Below, piece after piece: positions 32,323 through 42,780 of a DNA stretch of 64,000 nucleotides (its first letter is position 1; the number at the start of each line of letters is the position of its first letter). The stretch comes from an uncultured bacterium (lineage in GTDB: Bacteria > Schekmanbacteria > GWA2-38-11 > J061). The notes below the pieces were generated by a model, which saw only the letters and a program-made list of their open reading frames with translations, had not been told where the DNA came from and did not search any database. Both the position numbers and the translations under genes were made by a program. The stretch lies in assembly GCA_964549305.1 (NCBI GenBank), contig CAZJVM010000001.1, forward strand, positions 46,164 to 110,163, written 5' to 3'.

Positions 32323-33363
32323 TTACGAGGACAAAAAGTCTATATTCCCGGAAAACTTGAGCATCAGTGTTTCAATGTTGTCAAAATCGTTTACAACTAT
32401 TCGTTTAAGCATGAGCGTGTTGTCATTGGGCGAGTTTATTCCAAAAACAGTTGAACAGCAAATATTATAGTCAAGTTCATTTAATATTTCTTTGTTCACG
32501 TATTTGAAATATTTTTTACCTCCGAAAGGCATAGCAAAGGAAGTAACTTCATTGCCCGATACTTTTTCGAGAATGTTTTTTGAAATTTTTAATTCCTTTG
32601 AAATGTCATTTGCGGAAATCAGGGAAAAATCACAGTGCGAATGACTATGGGAGGCAATTTCGAAAAGGGGAATCGCCATACTCTTGACATCCTCTTTCGA
32701 GAGATAATAGTCATTGACATATTCTGCAACGAAATCTTTTCCGGAAAGCTTTTGGAAAATCTTTTTGCGCGCGGCATCAGGAATTGAAAGTATATGATTT
32801 GCAATGTCCTTTGGATTCCACTCTTTTCGGAAAGGTATCATTTTGCTCTCTGAAAGACAGGATATGGCTTTCTCAACCAAATTATCATCTGTGAGAAGCG
32901 CTTCGGTTTTGACAAAATCGGGAATGATACTTCTTTCAAGGATTCCGGTAGTAATGAAAAAAGTTGCAGGTATATCCTTACTGGCGAGATAGGGGATTGC
33001 CGTATCCCTGAGGTTTTTATAACCATCATCGAATGTTATTGCGGCAAGAGGTCTTGCGCTTTTATTGGGGGTACTTCCCCTTATGGCATCGGCGACAGTT
33101 TTTAAGGGAACGATTTTAAAATATTTTCTAATTAGATTGATTTGCTCTTTAAATGATTTCTGAGTAATATTTGTAGAAAAAGCAGTATATTCGGCACTGT
33201 TGCTGTTCTCTTCACATATTCCGTGATAAGCGAGTATGAGAAATGAATCGAAGGGCAGTTTCCTTAGGGAGTTTTCGAGGAATCCGCGTTGAAAATATCC
33301 TTTCAGTAATTTTCCCGTAAATTCAGTAATTCTTTTTTCGTTATTTCTCAGAAATTTGCGCAT
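32323..33363 (-). CDS. Polysaccharide deacetylase (NodB/CE4)
   Basis: ILAYHG, ITFDDGY, PATFFI, IASHSHSH, FAMPFG. Confidence 0.88.
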   Translation of the reverse strand: MRKFLRNNEKRITEFTGKLLKGYFQRGFLENSLRKLPFDSFLILAYHGICEENSNSAEYTAFSTNITQKSFKEQINLIRKYFKIVPLKTVADAIRGSTPNKSARPLAAITFDDGYKNLRDTAIPYLASKDIPATFFITTGILERSIIPDFVKTEALLTDDNLVEKAISCLSESKMIPFRKEWNPKDIANHILSIPDAARKKIFQKLSGKDFVAEYVNDYYLSKEDVKSMAIPLFEIASHSHSHCDFSLISANDISKELKISKNILEKVSGNEVTSFAMPFGGKKYFKYVNKEILNELDYNICCSTVFGINSPNDNTLMLKRIVVNDFDNIETLMLKFSGNIDFLSS

Positions 33364-33369
33364 TTCAGG

Positions 33370-34281
33370 TTAATAATAAATCCTTCCCCATAGTAACTTG
33401 ATTTTTTTGACGGTTTCTTTTGAAAGAGTCTTATTGCTTTTAAGAGATTCCGACACATTTCTTATTCCGTCAAACAATCCGTTTATAAAAAAGATAAAAG
33501 ACCGGTTTTTGACGCTTTCAATAAAAACAAATATCGTCCAGAGGAAACTGTGACAAAACGCGTACCTAAGGGGAAGATATTTGAAGACAAGAGTTATACG
33601 GTTTCTGATGAGATAATATGACCGCTGTTTCTCTCTCTCTTCGTTTTCGGAAAGGTAGTGGTTGATTGTAACTGATGGAGAAAAGATTATCTTCATGTTT
33701 TTTTCCATCATCATAAAGGAGTAATCCAATTCCTCACATCCGAAGAAATATTCTTCAGGAAGAAAGCCGATTATTTCGAATACCTCACGTCTGAATGCGC
33801 TTGCACCTCCGAAAAAATAAGAACATTCGCGCTCCCTTTTCACTGCTTTCCCTCTGCGGAAGGGATATCCCCCGTGATCATAATCTGTATTGGAGTCATT
33901 CAAACTACAGTTTGATATTGCGAAGGTGAATGCGCTTACATCGGGATATCTGTCAAATAATTCCGCGATATCACTGAGAGCGTTGTCTGAGGAAAAATCC
34001 GCATCATCGTCTATGAAAACAACATATTCACCGCTTGCCTTCGATATTCCGAGATTTCTTCCTCCTGCAACTCCCCTGTTGGTGTCGCTGCGCACTACGG
34101 ATGTTTCACGTAAGTCTTCAATCGGCAGATGTCCGTCTATGCCGTTTTTAACGAGGACGATTTCAATATTTGTATATGTCTGCTTTTGCAGATTTTCGGC
34201 GAGATTAGTTATTTCCGTCATCCTTTTTAAAGATGAAACGCTTACTATAATAGAGATAAGAGGTGGTTGGGAACTATTCAT
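33370..34281 (-). CDS. Glycosyltransferase family 2
   Basis: GVAGGRNLG, VFIDDDA, FRREVF...G, EELDY, RN. Confidence 0.88.
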   Translation of the reverse strand: MNSSQPPLISIIVSVSSLKRMTEITNLAENLQKQTYTNIEIVLVKNGIDGHLPIEDLRETSVVRSDTNRGVAGGRNLGISKASGEYVVFIDDDADFSSDNALSDIAELFDRYPDVSAFTFAISNCSLNDSNTDYDHGGYPFRRGKAVKRERECSYFFGGASAFRREVFEIIGFLPEEYFFGCEELDYSFMMMEKNMKIIFSPSVTINHYLSENEEREKQRSYYLIRNRITLVFKYLPLRYAFCHSFLWTIFVFIESVKNRSFIFFINGLFDGIRNVSESLKSNKTLSKETVKKIKLLWGRIYY

Positions 34282-34484
34282 ATTTTTATGTTTTTAAAAG
34301 AATTATTTTATTTCTTCATTTTAAAAAAATAAATTAACAATTGAAAAGGAATTTTGATAAATACCTTCGGACAATCTTATTTTCTGAATATGTTTGGTTA
34401 TCATTAATAATTACGTTATCATCAAAACATACTTGTGCTACACTAAACATTTTACAGATGACGATCTAATTGAATTGAAGAGAT

Positions 34485-36395
34485 TTGACCGATATGGAAG
34501 ATCCAAATATATTTACTGTCTATTTTGAAACAGTAAGGGCATTGGTTACCGGAATGGTATTCCTTTATCTGTTGTGGGTTGACAGAAAGGATGATTTCAG
34601 GGAATGGGACGGATGGTTATATCTGTTAAACGGTTTTTTCTTTCTTACATTTGCCACAGCCATTGACATAACCGACAATTATCAGTCACTGGAAAAATAC
34701 ATCATTATAGGTCCGACACTTGCAGAGTCATTTCTTGAGAAAATATTAGGATATCTTTTGGGAACCGTGCTTCTTGCTGTTGGTTTCTTCAAGTTTATGC
34801 CGGTTATTTCCAACCTCAAAAGAGAAACAAGCGCGAGGGAAAAAGCGGAAGAATTTGCCCAAAGCGTACTTAGCAGTGTGGATGAAGGATTTATCGTTAT
34901 TGACCGGCAATACAGAATACTTTCCGCAAACGATTCTTTTTTGGAACGGGTCAATATGAAATCAGAAGATGTGATGGGAAAAAGGTGTTACGAAATATCG
35001 CATCATATTCAAAGACCCTGTTATGAGGAAGGAGAGGAGTGCGCGGTAAAAAATACATTTAATACCGGGAAACCTCACACAGCGATTCATCAGCATTTTC
35101 AAAATGACGGAAGGACTTTTTACGTGGAGATAAAGTCTTATCCCCTAAAAGTGGAAAACGGAGAGGTGAAGTCTGTAATCGAGGTTTTAAACGACATTAC
35201 AGATAAAAAAAATCTCGAGGAGCAATTGCTCCACGCTCAAAAACTTGAAGCAGTGGGACAGATTTCCGGAGGTATTGCTCACGATTTCAATAATTTTTTA
35301 ACAGCAATTATTGGATATGCAAAAGCGATTAAAACGAAGGGGAAAACCGCCGGGCAGATTGACAGATACGCAGACAATATTATTTTAGCGTCGAAGAAAG
35401 GCGCATCTCTTACAAGAAGTCTTCTTATATTCAGCAGGAAGGGAATTATTGAAACGGCACCCGTATCTCTGAATGATATTGTTTCTGAAATGACTGAACT
35501 TTTCAAGGTTGTCGTGAGCAAAAAGATAAAACTCGAGATAGAATTGCATAATGAGGAAATTATGATAATGGCCGACAAGGGACAGATTGAGCAGGTTGTG
35601 ATGAATCTCGTGACAAACGCAAATGACGCTATGTCTGAGGGAGGAAAACTCACAATAAAGACTGCCTTTGTAAAACTCGGCGAGGAGTTCATTAAGGCAC
35701 ATAATCTTGAACATTCTGACAGATTTGGGCTTCTCACAGTAAAAGACGAAGGCGAGGGTATAGATGAAGAAAGAAAATCAAAAATATTCGAGCCATTTTA
35801 CACAACAAAACCTGTTGGCAAAGGGACGGGATTGGGACTTTCAATGGTCTATGGAATTGTCAAACAGCATAAGGGATATATTAATGTGGAGAGTAAATTG
35901 AATCAGGGGACAAAATTTTATGTATATTTTCCTGAAACGGAACTGAAACCGGATTTACCGGAATCTATCTCTGATAACTCCATAAGCGGAAACGGAGAAA
36001 CAATTCTTTTAGCTGAGGATGACGAGCATATCAGGCGACTTATGCGTAACTGCCTGTGCGAATTTGGTTATGATGTCATCGACGCACCTGACGGAAACAG
36101 AGCGGTGAGCCTGTTTATTCAGAGAAAAGATGATATAAATCTTGTCATAGTCGATTATATGATGCCCGGAAAAACAGGCAATAAGGTTTGCAGTGAAATT
36201 AAAGCGATGAAGAATGATATCAACATTCTTCTGATAAGCGGTTATGCCGCCGATGTGATTGACGGACTCAAGGATGATATAGGCGATGCAAATATAATGT
36301 ATAAGCCTGTTTTTCCTGAAAAACTGCTTGCAAAGGTAAAACAGATTTTGAAGAAAAAGAGGGATACTTCCCCGGTAAGTGAAACCTTCAATTAA
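34485..36395 (+). CDS. Membrane hybrid sensor histidine kinase (PAS-HisKA-HATPase-REC)
   Basis: Three TM helices, PAS, GGIAHDFNNFL H-box, NLVTNANDAM, FEPFYTTK..GKGTGLGL, receiver LAEDD..DYMMP..KP. Confidence 0.93.
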   Translation: MTDMEDPNIFTVYFETVRALVTGMVFLYLLWVDRKDDFREWDGWLYLLNGFFFLTFATAIDITDNYQSLEKYIIIGPTLAESFLEKILGYLLGTVLLAVGFFKFMPVISNLKRETSAREKAEEFAQSVLSSVDEGFIVIDRQYRILSANDSFLERVNMKSEDVMGKRCYEISHHIQRPCYEEGEECAVKNTFNTGKPHTAIHQHFQNDGRTFYVEIKSYPLKVENGEVKSVIEVLNDITDKKNLEEQLLHAQKLEAVGQISGGIAHDFNNFLTAIIGYAKAIKTKGKTAGQIDRYADNIILASKKGASLTRSLLIFSRKGIIETAPVSLNDIVSEMTELFKVVVSKKIKLEIELHNEEIMIMADKGQIEQVVMNLVTNANDAMSEGGKLTIKTAFVKLGEEFIKAHNLEHSDRFGLLTVKDEGEGIDEERKSKIFEPFYTTKPVGKGTGLGLSMVYGIVKQHKGYINVESKLNQGTKFYVYFPETELKPDLPESISDNSISGNGETILLAEDDEHIRRLMRNCLCEFGYDVIDAPDGNRAVSLFIQRKDDINLVIVDYMMPGKTGNKVCSEIKAMKNDINILLISGYAADVIDGLKDDIGDANIMYKPVFPEKLLAKVKQILKKKRDTSPVSETFN

Positions 36396-36396
36396 A

Positions 36397-37791
36397 TTAC
36401 TTGTCCTGCGTCAAAGTCTGAGCATATTTTTTCGGAAGTCTGACTACCTCAAAAAGAGTGGCGATAAGTTCTTTGTTCTTTCCTGCCCTGTTTGGATTGT
36501 AAAACTCCCAGACAATTTCCCCGGAAGAAGTGATTTCAAAGGCACGACCGCTGTTAGATTCCGTAATGAGTGTATTGCCGTTTAAAAGGCGTTGATTCGT
36601 TCCGCAATATTCACTGTAAAAAGGTTGTCCTATATCTTCCCCGTAACTCCATTTTATCTGAAGGGAAAATGGGTCAAATTCTATGATTTGTGAAAAGTCT
36701 TTTTTGCTCATATTGTCAAAAAGAAGAATATTGCCGTTATCGAGAAGTGTCGCTTCGTGTTGTCTGTGCCATTGTCCCGTAAGCGCCCACACAACTTTTT
36801 CCGCCTTGATGTCTATTACGGCGATTATGTCGGTATTGCGCATAGATATGAGGACATTGCCATTGTGAAATACGGAGTTTTCCCTCTCGATACCTGTATT
36901 AATGTATTGAATAGAATTTGTGTGAAACAAGTCGCCGAATAGAGGCAGAGAATTAAGGAAGGGCGAAAATGAAGAATTTTCGAATGCCTCTAAAATAGAT
37001 ATTCTCTTTATTTCTTTTCCGTCGGGATTCAATATTATAATATATTCGTCGAGCACATTTCGAGTCCTGTTGATTCTCTCTATATTTTTTTCCTTTCTTC
37101 CAAGAAGGTATATGTTGCCCTTTTCGTCTATATCAAGATCATGATGAGCGCCGCAATTTAATTTCCATAAAAGCTTCGAGTTCTTATCAATCCTGATGAT
37201 TCCGTACCCTTCGTATATGGCGAGCAGGTCGCCGTTTTCAAAGAGATGTATCCTTCTCCAGTAATCGAGGTCACTTTTGCTTTGCACTTCCAGTTTGGTA
37301 TAGGTTGCGCCGGGAAATGCCTTGTCAAAATCGTAGTGCCATCGGTGGATGACATTGCCATCCATATCAATCATAAACGCTTCGGGGGAATGTCCTGAAT
37401 TGTACAGGTTGACGCCGTCAAACGCCTCTTTCTTGTCATAGACAGTCACATTTATTCTGCTATCGGCTTTCTTGTATCCGCTTAAATATCCGATGCTTTT
37501 CAGATTGTCGAGCGCTTCTCTCTCTTTTTTAGATGTGCCGCTTTCTTCGCCCGGCGAAGTATCCGCCTTTTGCCACCAACCGCCAAGTCCGTATTCGTCG
37601 TTAATCTTTTCTCTCGGAGGAATATAGGGTTTGTAGTTTTTCTTTTTGGGGGTTTCAAAGACTCTCATAAGGAGAGAATAGGGGAACACTTTGTTTTTAT
37701 AACAGATAAATCCGGCAAAAAATGATGCTGATAACGCGATAACTGCAAGAAGCACAGCGATTAGTTTTCCTGTTTTAAGCGATGACGCCAT
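36397..37791 (-). CDS. Arylsulfotransferase (ASST)-like periplasmic beta-propeller protein
   Basis: AHHD, LFHTNSI, LISMRN, QHEA..L.NGNILLFDN, QRL.NGNTLITES..GRAFE; N-terminal membrane anchor. Confidence 0.8.
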   Translation of the reverse strand: MASSLKTGKLIAVLLAVIALSASFFAGFICYKNKVFPYSLLMRVFETPKKKNYKPYIPPREKINDEYGLGGWWQKADTSPGEESGTSKKEREALDNLKSIGYLSGYKKADSRINVTVYDKKEAFDGVNLYNSGHSPEAFMIDMDGNVIHRWHYDFDKAFPGATYTKLEVQSKSDLDYWRRIHLFENGDLLAIYEGYGIIRIDKNSKLLWKLNCGAHHDLDIDEKGNIYLLGRKEKNIERINRTRNVLDEYIIILNPDGKEIKRISILEAFENSSFSPFLNSLPLFGDLFHTNSIQYINTGIERENSVFHNGNVLISMRNTDIIAVIDIKAEKVVWALTGQWHRQHEATLLDNGNILLFDNMSKKDFSQIIEFDPFSLQIKWSYGEDIGQPFYSEYCGTNQRLLNGNTLITESNSGRAFEITSSGEIVWEFYNPNRAGKNKELIATLFEVVRLPKKYAQTLTQDK

Positions 37792-37809
37792 TATTAATTA
37801 TAATTCCCG

Positions 37810-39438
37810 TTAAAGTTGAAATTCAGCTTCTGTAAAATTACTTTTTACTTTATCCCACTTTATTTTTGAAGAGTCTTTTCGAAAAAATATCTGAATATCT
37901 TTGAAGTTATAAATTTTGTAGTCATCCTTTATAAAAGGATATGCTTCCTCACGTTTTCTCCATAATTGCGCAATTGCGTCAGGTTTCAACTTTCCTATGG
38001 AATAGGAATAGTCCCACTTGATATGCCCCGGATAGAAGAATGTGTATTTATTTTCTTTTACCGCCTGCCTCATCCTGATTCTTGATATTACATTGTCGTT
38101 TTTGCCGAGTATGTCAATGGCGTATCTTTGCGTAAAATATGGCATCGCGCCTGCCCTTACAAAGGCGATTCTCGCGTCATCGGTTGTCGATTCCTTTAAA
38201 AGGAGAGATAACCCGATAGTGCGGGCATACTCTTCCGTATGAAGGGGTTTTTCAAGAAGAGTCCATTTCCTGAGAGCGTCGAAATTATTTATTCTGTTGA
38301 ATTGTATCAGACAGATTGCGCAAATAAGAGTGAATACTGCCAGTGAGAGAAGTTTCGGATACTTTTTTCCCCTGCCGAGAACAGAAAACAATTTATCGGT
38401 GATTTGGTAAAGGGCATATGAAAAAAGTATGAAGAAAAGGGGCATTACGATTGAGATATATCTGTTTGACCCTCCCCACCACTCCCAGGCATCACCACCG
38501 ACGTAAACACTGTAGAGAATTTGGACTATAAAGAGATAAAGAAGGAGAAATACCGCCTTGCTTCTGTTGAAGATGAGTGCGGCAAAAGGAAGAAGGAATA
38601 AAACCCATCCCATCCTCGATGCAAACTGCACCATCATGAGAAATCCCCTTGAAATGCGAAGAAATACCGGATATCCGGTCATTTTGAGATAATAGGTATT
38701 GGGCAGGATGTCTCCGTAATAAAAATATCTGAAAAGCGTTTGTGATAAGAGACACAGTAAGACGACAATAATACCGCCAAGCAGAGTCTCTTTCCTTTTT
38801 TTCTTTTCAGTAAATGAAATAAATAAAATGGCCGCAAAATAGGGAACAACCATATCTATTCTCACGAAAGTGCCTATTGCCCCTATTATATGAAGGGGAA
38901 GTATGGAAGAGGCATTATTCAGTTGCCTGATTGCCGACAGAGCAAGCAGTGATGTAATTAGAATGAGCACACTGACTTCCATTCCCTGAAGAGACCAATT
39001 GTTTATTGGAAGATAAAAAGCCGTGAATATGAGTGGCGCGAAAGGTGTTGCACTGTCTTCATCAGTGAAAGAAAGAGACAATTTCCGGATGATAAAGAGT
39101 GAAATAATTATAAATATAGCGCCGCTGATTTGTATTGGCAGACTAATCCTGGAAAGACCTATGGGAAGAAGATTAAACAGGGACATATAGATTACCCACA
39201 GAGGGTTTGTGTATCCTTCCACTCTCTCTCCACCGGGATTCCAGACAAGACCTTCTCCATTGGCAAAATTTTGCGCGTATCGCATCGATATCATCGCGTC
39301 GTCAAAAAGACAGAAATATCTTTTCCCATTTATGATGTTGCTGCTGTTAAAAATAAAAAGGAAAGCATAAATGACGTATATGATTACTATTGCCACTAAA
39401 ACTATTTGTGTCAGCGTGTTTTTATTGTTCATTTTCAA
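37810..39438 (-). CDS. Polytopic GT-C fold glycosyltransferase
   Basis: DDAMISMRYA.N...G.GLVWN.GGERVEGYTNPLW, GME, PNTYY.K, VGGD, AGA.PY, DILG.ND. Confidence 0.72.
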   Translation of the reverse strand: MKMNNKNTLTQIVLVAIVIIYVIYAFLFIFNSSNIINGKRYFCLFDDAMISMRYAQNFANGEGLVWNPGGERVEGYTNPLWVIYMSLFNLLPIGLSRISLPIQISGAIFIIISLFIIRKLSLSFTDEDSATPFAPLIFTAFYLPINNWSLQGMEVSVLILITSLLALSAIRQLNNASSILPLHIIGAIGTFVRIDMVVPYFAAILFISFTEKKKRKETLLGGIIVVLLCLLSQTLFRYFYYGDILPNTYYLKMTGYPVFLRISRGFLMMVQFASRMGWVLFLLPFAALIFNRSKAVFLLLYLFIVQILYSVYVGGDAWEWWGGSNRYISIVMPLFFILFSYALYQITDKLFSVLGRGKKYPKLLSLAVFTLICAICLIQFNRINNFDALRKWTLLEKPLHTEEYARTIGLSLLLKESTTDDARIAFVRAGAMPYFTQRYAIDILGKNDNVISRIRMRQAVKENKYTFFYPGHIKWDYSYSIGKLKPDAIAQLWRKREEAYPFIKDDYKIYNFKDIQIFFRKDSSKIKWDKVKSNFTEAEFQL

Positions 39439-39486
39439 TTATTCGGAAGAGAAAATTAAAAATATACAACGACAATTATACTTATG

Positions 39487-40872
39487 CTACTGCAGATATC
39501 CCAGGGATTTTAAGGACTCGACATCTTTTTTTGAAGGAGTAAGCTTGTTGGCGCCTTTTGACAAACCCCTTTCCCCCTGTTCTCTGATGGGAGATTTTTC
39601 AAGATAAGATTTGAGCTGTTTATAAGTTTCAGTTTTTTCTGTGCTGATATTGGATTTTTCACTTTTGTCGGACGAAATGTCGTATAACTCCCAGACCTCA
39701 TTTGCAATGTCATAGATTAGTTTTTCTTTTCCAAGAAGAACACCGTTTTTAATTGAAAATTTTTGTTTTGCCCGTAAGTTTTTTTCCTCATTTAATGCAA
39801 AGGTAATCTGAAAAAAAACCGGGTTGTCCTTTACGATTTCATTTTCTCCTTTTATCTTGCCTGACAACGATTTTCCGTTGAATACAGATTTGTCGTAACC
39901 GATATCCAGCAATTCGAGAATAGTGGGAACAATATCCGCTACTGAGACATTGCCTTTGATTTTTTTCGGCGTATATTCGTTTCCGGGGATATGAATCAGA
40001 AGGGGAACATGTACTAATTCTTCATAGAGATGGACAGTATGTCCCAACCAACCGTGCTCGTTGAATTCCTCACCGTGGTCTGCGGTTATCACTATAATGC
40101 TTTTATCAAAAAGATTTTCGTCTTTGAGATATTGTATGAGAATACCTATGTTTTTGTCCGTAAAGCTGATTTCCTCATCATATAAATTTTTGAGGAAGGA
40201 AAGGTCTTCGTTGCTCATATTGTCCTTCCGGGAGCGAAGGTCCCATATGTCATCTCCCGCCTTTAACTCGCCCTCATATCCGGTGCTGTAATCAAAATCT
40301 TCATGATGCTCATAGGCATAGTGAGGGTCGAAATAATGCAGCATCAGGAAAAAATCGTTTTTCTTGTTATTGTCAATCCATTTGACCGCGTTGCCTGTAA
40401 CTTTATCTGATGATACTGTAGATTCATCACCCACGTTATCTTCATTGTAGTAATCAAATCCCTGCGCATACCCTAACTTTGATTCAAGAAGTTTATGGCT
40501 TATGACAGCTCCCGTTTTATATCCTTCATCGCGCAAAAGCTCTGCCAATGTAATGTTGTCGGGGGAAAGAATGTCAAAAAGGTCACAGACATTATGGTAA
40601 TAGGGGAGAAGTCCTGTGATTATAGACGCCACAGCCGGTTGAGTCCACGGTGCGGTCGTATAGGCATTCAGGAATTGAATTCCCCCTTTTGCGATTGAAT
40701 CGATTGCGGGAGATGTATTCCTTTCGTAATCGTAACAGCTTAAATGGTCGGCGCGAAGGGTGTCTACAATTATTAATATGACATTGGGCTTTTCCGGCAC
40801 ATTCCCGCCATTACAGGAAAGGGTTAAAAGAAGGATAAATATGAAAAGGAATTTTATTTTCAAGTTCTTCAT
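39487..40872 (-). CDS. Alkaline phosphatase superfamily (sulfatase-like) lipoprotein, Thr nucleophile
   Basis: Lipobox TLSC; NVILIIVDTLRADHL, PWTQPA, HYFDPH, YDEEI, ADHGEEF.EH; ends LKSLGYLQ. Confidence 0.88.
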   Translation of the reverse strand: MKNLKIKFLFIFILLLTLSCNGGNVPEKPNVILIIVDTLRADHLSCYDYERNTSPAIDSIAKGGIQFLNAYTTAPWTQPAVASIITGLLPYYHNVCDLFDILSPDNITLAELLRDEGYKTGAVISHKLLESKLGYAQGFDYYNEDNVGDESTVSSDKVTGNAVKWIDNNKKNDFFLMLHYFDPHYAYEHHEDFDYSTGYEGELKAGDDIWDLRSRKDNMSNEDLSFLKNLYDEEISFTDKNIGILIQYLKDENLFDKSIIVITADHGEEFNEHGWLGHTVHLYEELVHVPLLIHIPGNEYTPKKIKGNVSVADIVPTILELLDIGYDKSVFNGKSLSGKIKGENEIVKDNPVFFQITFALNEEKNLRAKQKFSIKNGVLLGKEKLIYDIANEVWELYDISSDKSEKSNISTEKTETYKQLKSYLEKSPIREQGERGLSKGANKLTPSKKDVESLKSLGYLQ

Positions 40873-41051
40873 CTTTCGGGAAAATTACGGTTAAAAAGCG
40901 CCTGCCGCAATAAAATTATAAATCCTAATCGGGATTATTTACAACATCTTTTTAAGATACCTGCTAAAGTCAAAGAGTCTTGGCAACTCAAGGAGATGAA
41001 ATCGTCTTAAAAGGTAATGCTTCTGAGGAAAAGATATTGATGAATTTTGTT

Positions 41052-41861
41052 TTATTCGGGATTGAATCCGCAAAATTCTTCGTAATCGATGAGCTTGTCT
41101 ATTTTTTTCTCCTCTCCGCAAAGAGGGCATTTCGGGTCTTTTCTGATTTTTACTTCCCTGAAGTCCATTGAAAGGGCATCATACATTAACAGCCGTCCGA
41201 CCAAAGACTCGCCGATATTCAAAATAAGCTTGATTGTCTCGATTGCCTGTATAACGCCGATTATTCCCGGCAACACTCCCAACACGCCTGCTTCCTGACA
41301 ACTTGGCACCGCGCCCGGCGGCGGAGGTTCAGGGTAAAGACAGCGATAGCAGGGACCGTCATTGGGTTTGAATATTGTCGCCTGTCCCTCAAACCTGAAA
41401 ATGCTTCCGTGAACATTCGGTATATTTTTAAAATAACAGGCGTCATTGATTAAATACCTGGTGGGGAAATTGTCGGTGCCGTCCAAAACGACATCAAATC
41501 CGTCGATAATATCGAGTATGTTAGATGACGAAAGTCTCTCTTTGAATGGGATTACCTTTACGTCGCCGTTAAGGTCTTTTATGGTTTTTTCCGCAGAATC
41601 AACCTTATGTTTTCCTAATTCTGCAGTTGAATGTATAATTTGCCTCTGAAGGTTGCTCAATTCCACCACATCTGAGTCGATGATTCCTATTGTTCCGATT
41701 CCTGCCGCGGCGAGGTAGTATATGGACGGTGAACCGAGACCGCCGGCTCCTACGACAAGGACCTTTGATTCGAGCATCTTCTGCTGGCCTTTGCCTCCGA
41801 CTTCAGGCAATATTATATGCCTGCTGTACCTTTCTATTTGTTCTTCAGAAAAATCCGCCAT
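41052..41861 (-). CDS. moeB: MoeB/ThiF family adenylyltransferase (no rhodanese domain)
   Basis: RYSRHIIL, GAGGLGSP, SNLQRQI, DNFPTRY, PCYRC, SCQEAGVLG, CPLC. Confidence 0.9.
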   Translation of the reverse strand: MADFSEEQIERYSRHIILPEVGGKGQQKMLESKVLVVGAGGLGSPSIYYLAAAGIGTIGIIDSDVVELSNLQRQIIHSTAELGKHKVDSAEKTIKDLNGDVKVIPFKERLSSSNILDIIDGFDVVLDGTDNFPTRYLINDACYFKNIPNVHGSIFRFEGQATIFKPNDGPCYRCLYPEPPPPGAVPSCQEAGVLGVLPGIIGVIQAIETIKLILNIGESLVGRLLMYDALSMDFREVKIRKDPKCPLCGEEKKIDKLIDYEEFCGFNPE

Positions 41862-42244
41862 TTAAAATACCTCTTTAATGAATTATCCGCCCTTTTTCTT
41901 TAAAAGAAAAGCTTTAAAAACACAGAGTCTCCTGTTTGTCAAGACAGCATTATGGTCTTTGAGCGGGCAAAGAGGGTAAATAAACAGACAACAAGCATTA
42001 ATAAAATAATAATAACATTATAAAACAAAGACATAAATGTTATTTATTAATGTTGCGAATTATGCAAGATTTTCAGTCAGTATGCTTTGAAGTCAGTGAA
42101 AAAATGCGTAAAAACAGGGCTTGATTTTTTTTAATCGCTTATCATATTGTATAATTTGGACTTTTTTGAATGACCTCAGGAGAGGGCAAAAATAGTATTG
42201 ACAGAGTCTTTGCTAAGATATAAATAGTTTATACTGATTTTAAG

Positions 42245-42502
42245 ATGACAGGGAAGGATATTAAAAAAATGGATGTAACTGCTACTATAGATATTACGAA
42301 GGACACTTGTCCGATAACTTTCGTAAAGACGAAATTAAAGCTTGAGACACTCAGTTCCGGAGATATTCTCGAGGTATTACTCAGAGAGGGAGAACCTGTG
42401 AAGAATGTTCCGAGAAGTGTTAAAGACGAGGGTCATAAGGTTTTATCGCTTGAACCTCAAAACGGCGGTGACGTTTACCGTCTTGTGATAGAGAAGAAGT
42501 AA
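42245..42502 (+). CDS. tusA: TusA/SirA family sulfur carrier
   Basis: DIT...CPITFVKTKLKLE, GEP..NVPRS....GH. Start may be ATG 42269. Confidence 0.88.
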   Translation: MTGKDIKKMDVTATIDITKDTCPITFVKTKLKLETLSSGDILEVLLREGEPVKNVPRSVKDEGHKVLSLEPQNGGDVYRLVIEKK

Positions 42503-42562
42503 CTGTCACATTTTTTAAAATCAATTACATTGGCTATTCTCTCTCACCCGAGAGATTGGTAG

Positions 42563-42594
42563 GGGGCTTAAAGGACTTCGCAGCTTTAAGCCCC
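42563..42594. terminator. Strong hairpin downstream of tusA (probable terminator)
   Basis: GGGGCTTAAAG / CTTTAAGCCCC perfect 11-bp stem, 10-nt loop, followed by pyrimidine-rich TTCCTTGTTTC. Confidence 0.55.
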
Positions 42595-42780
42595 TTCCTT
42601 GTTTCTGCTTTGCCTTTGTATCGCGCCTACCTTTTGGAAAATAAATATCATCAGTTTTATCAATAACATATTTTCTTTAAACACTTTTTTATAAATAATA
42701 TTGTTAAAAGTAATCTCTTTGCTATAATCAAAAAAAATTGCTAATCAAAAAAATACAGTTTAATTGTCAAAAAAGGAGAA

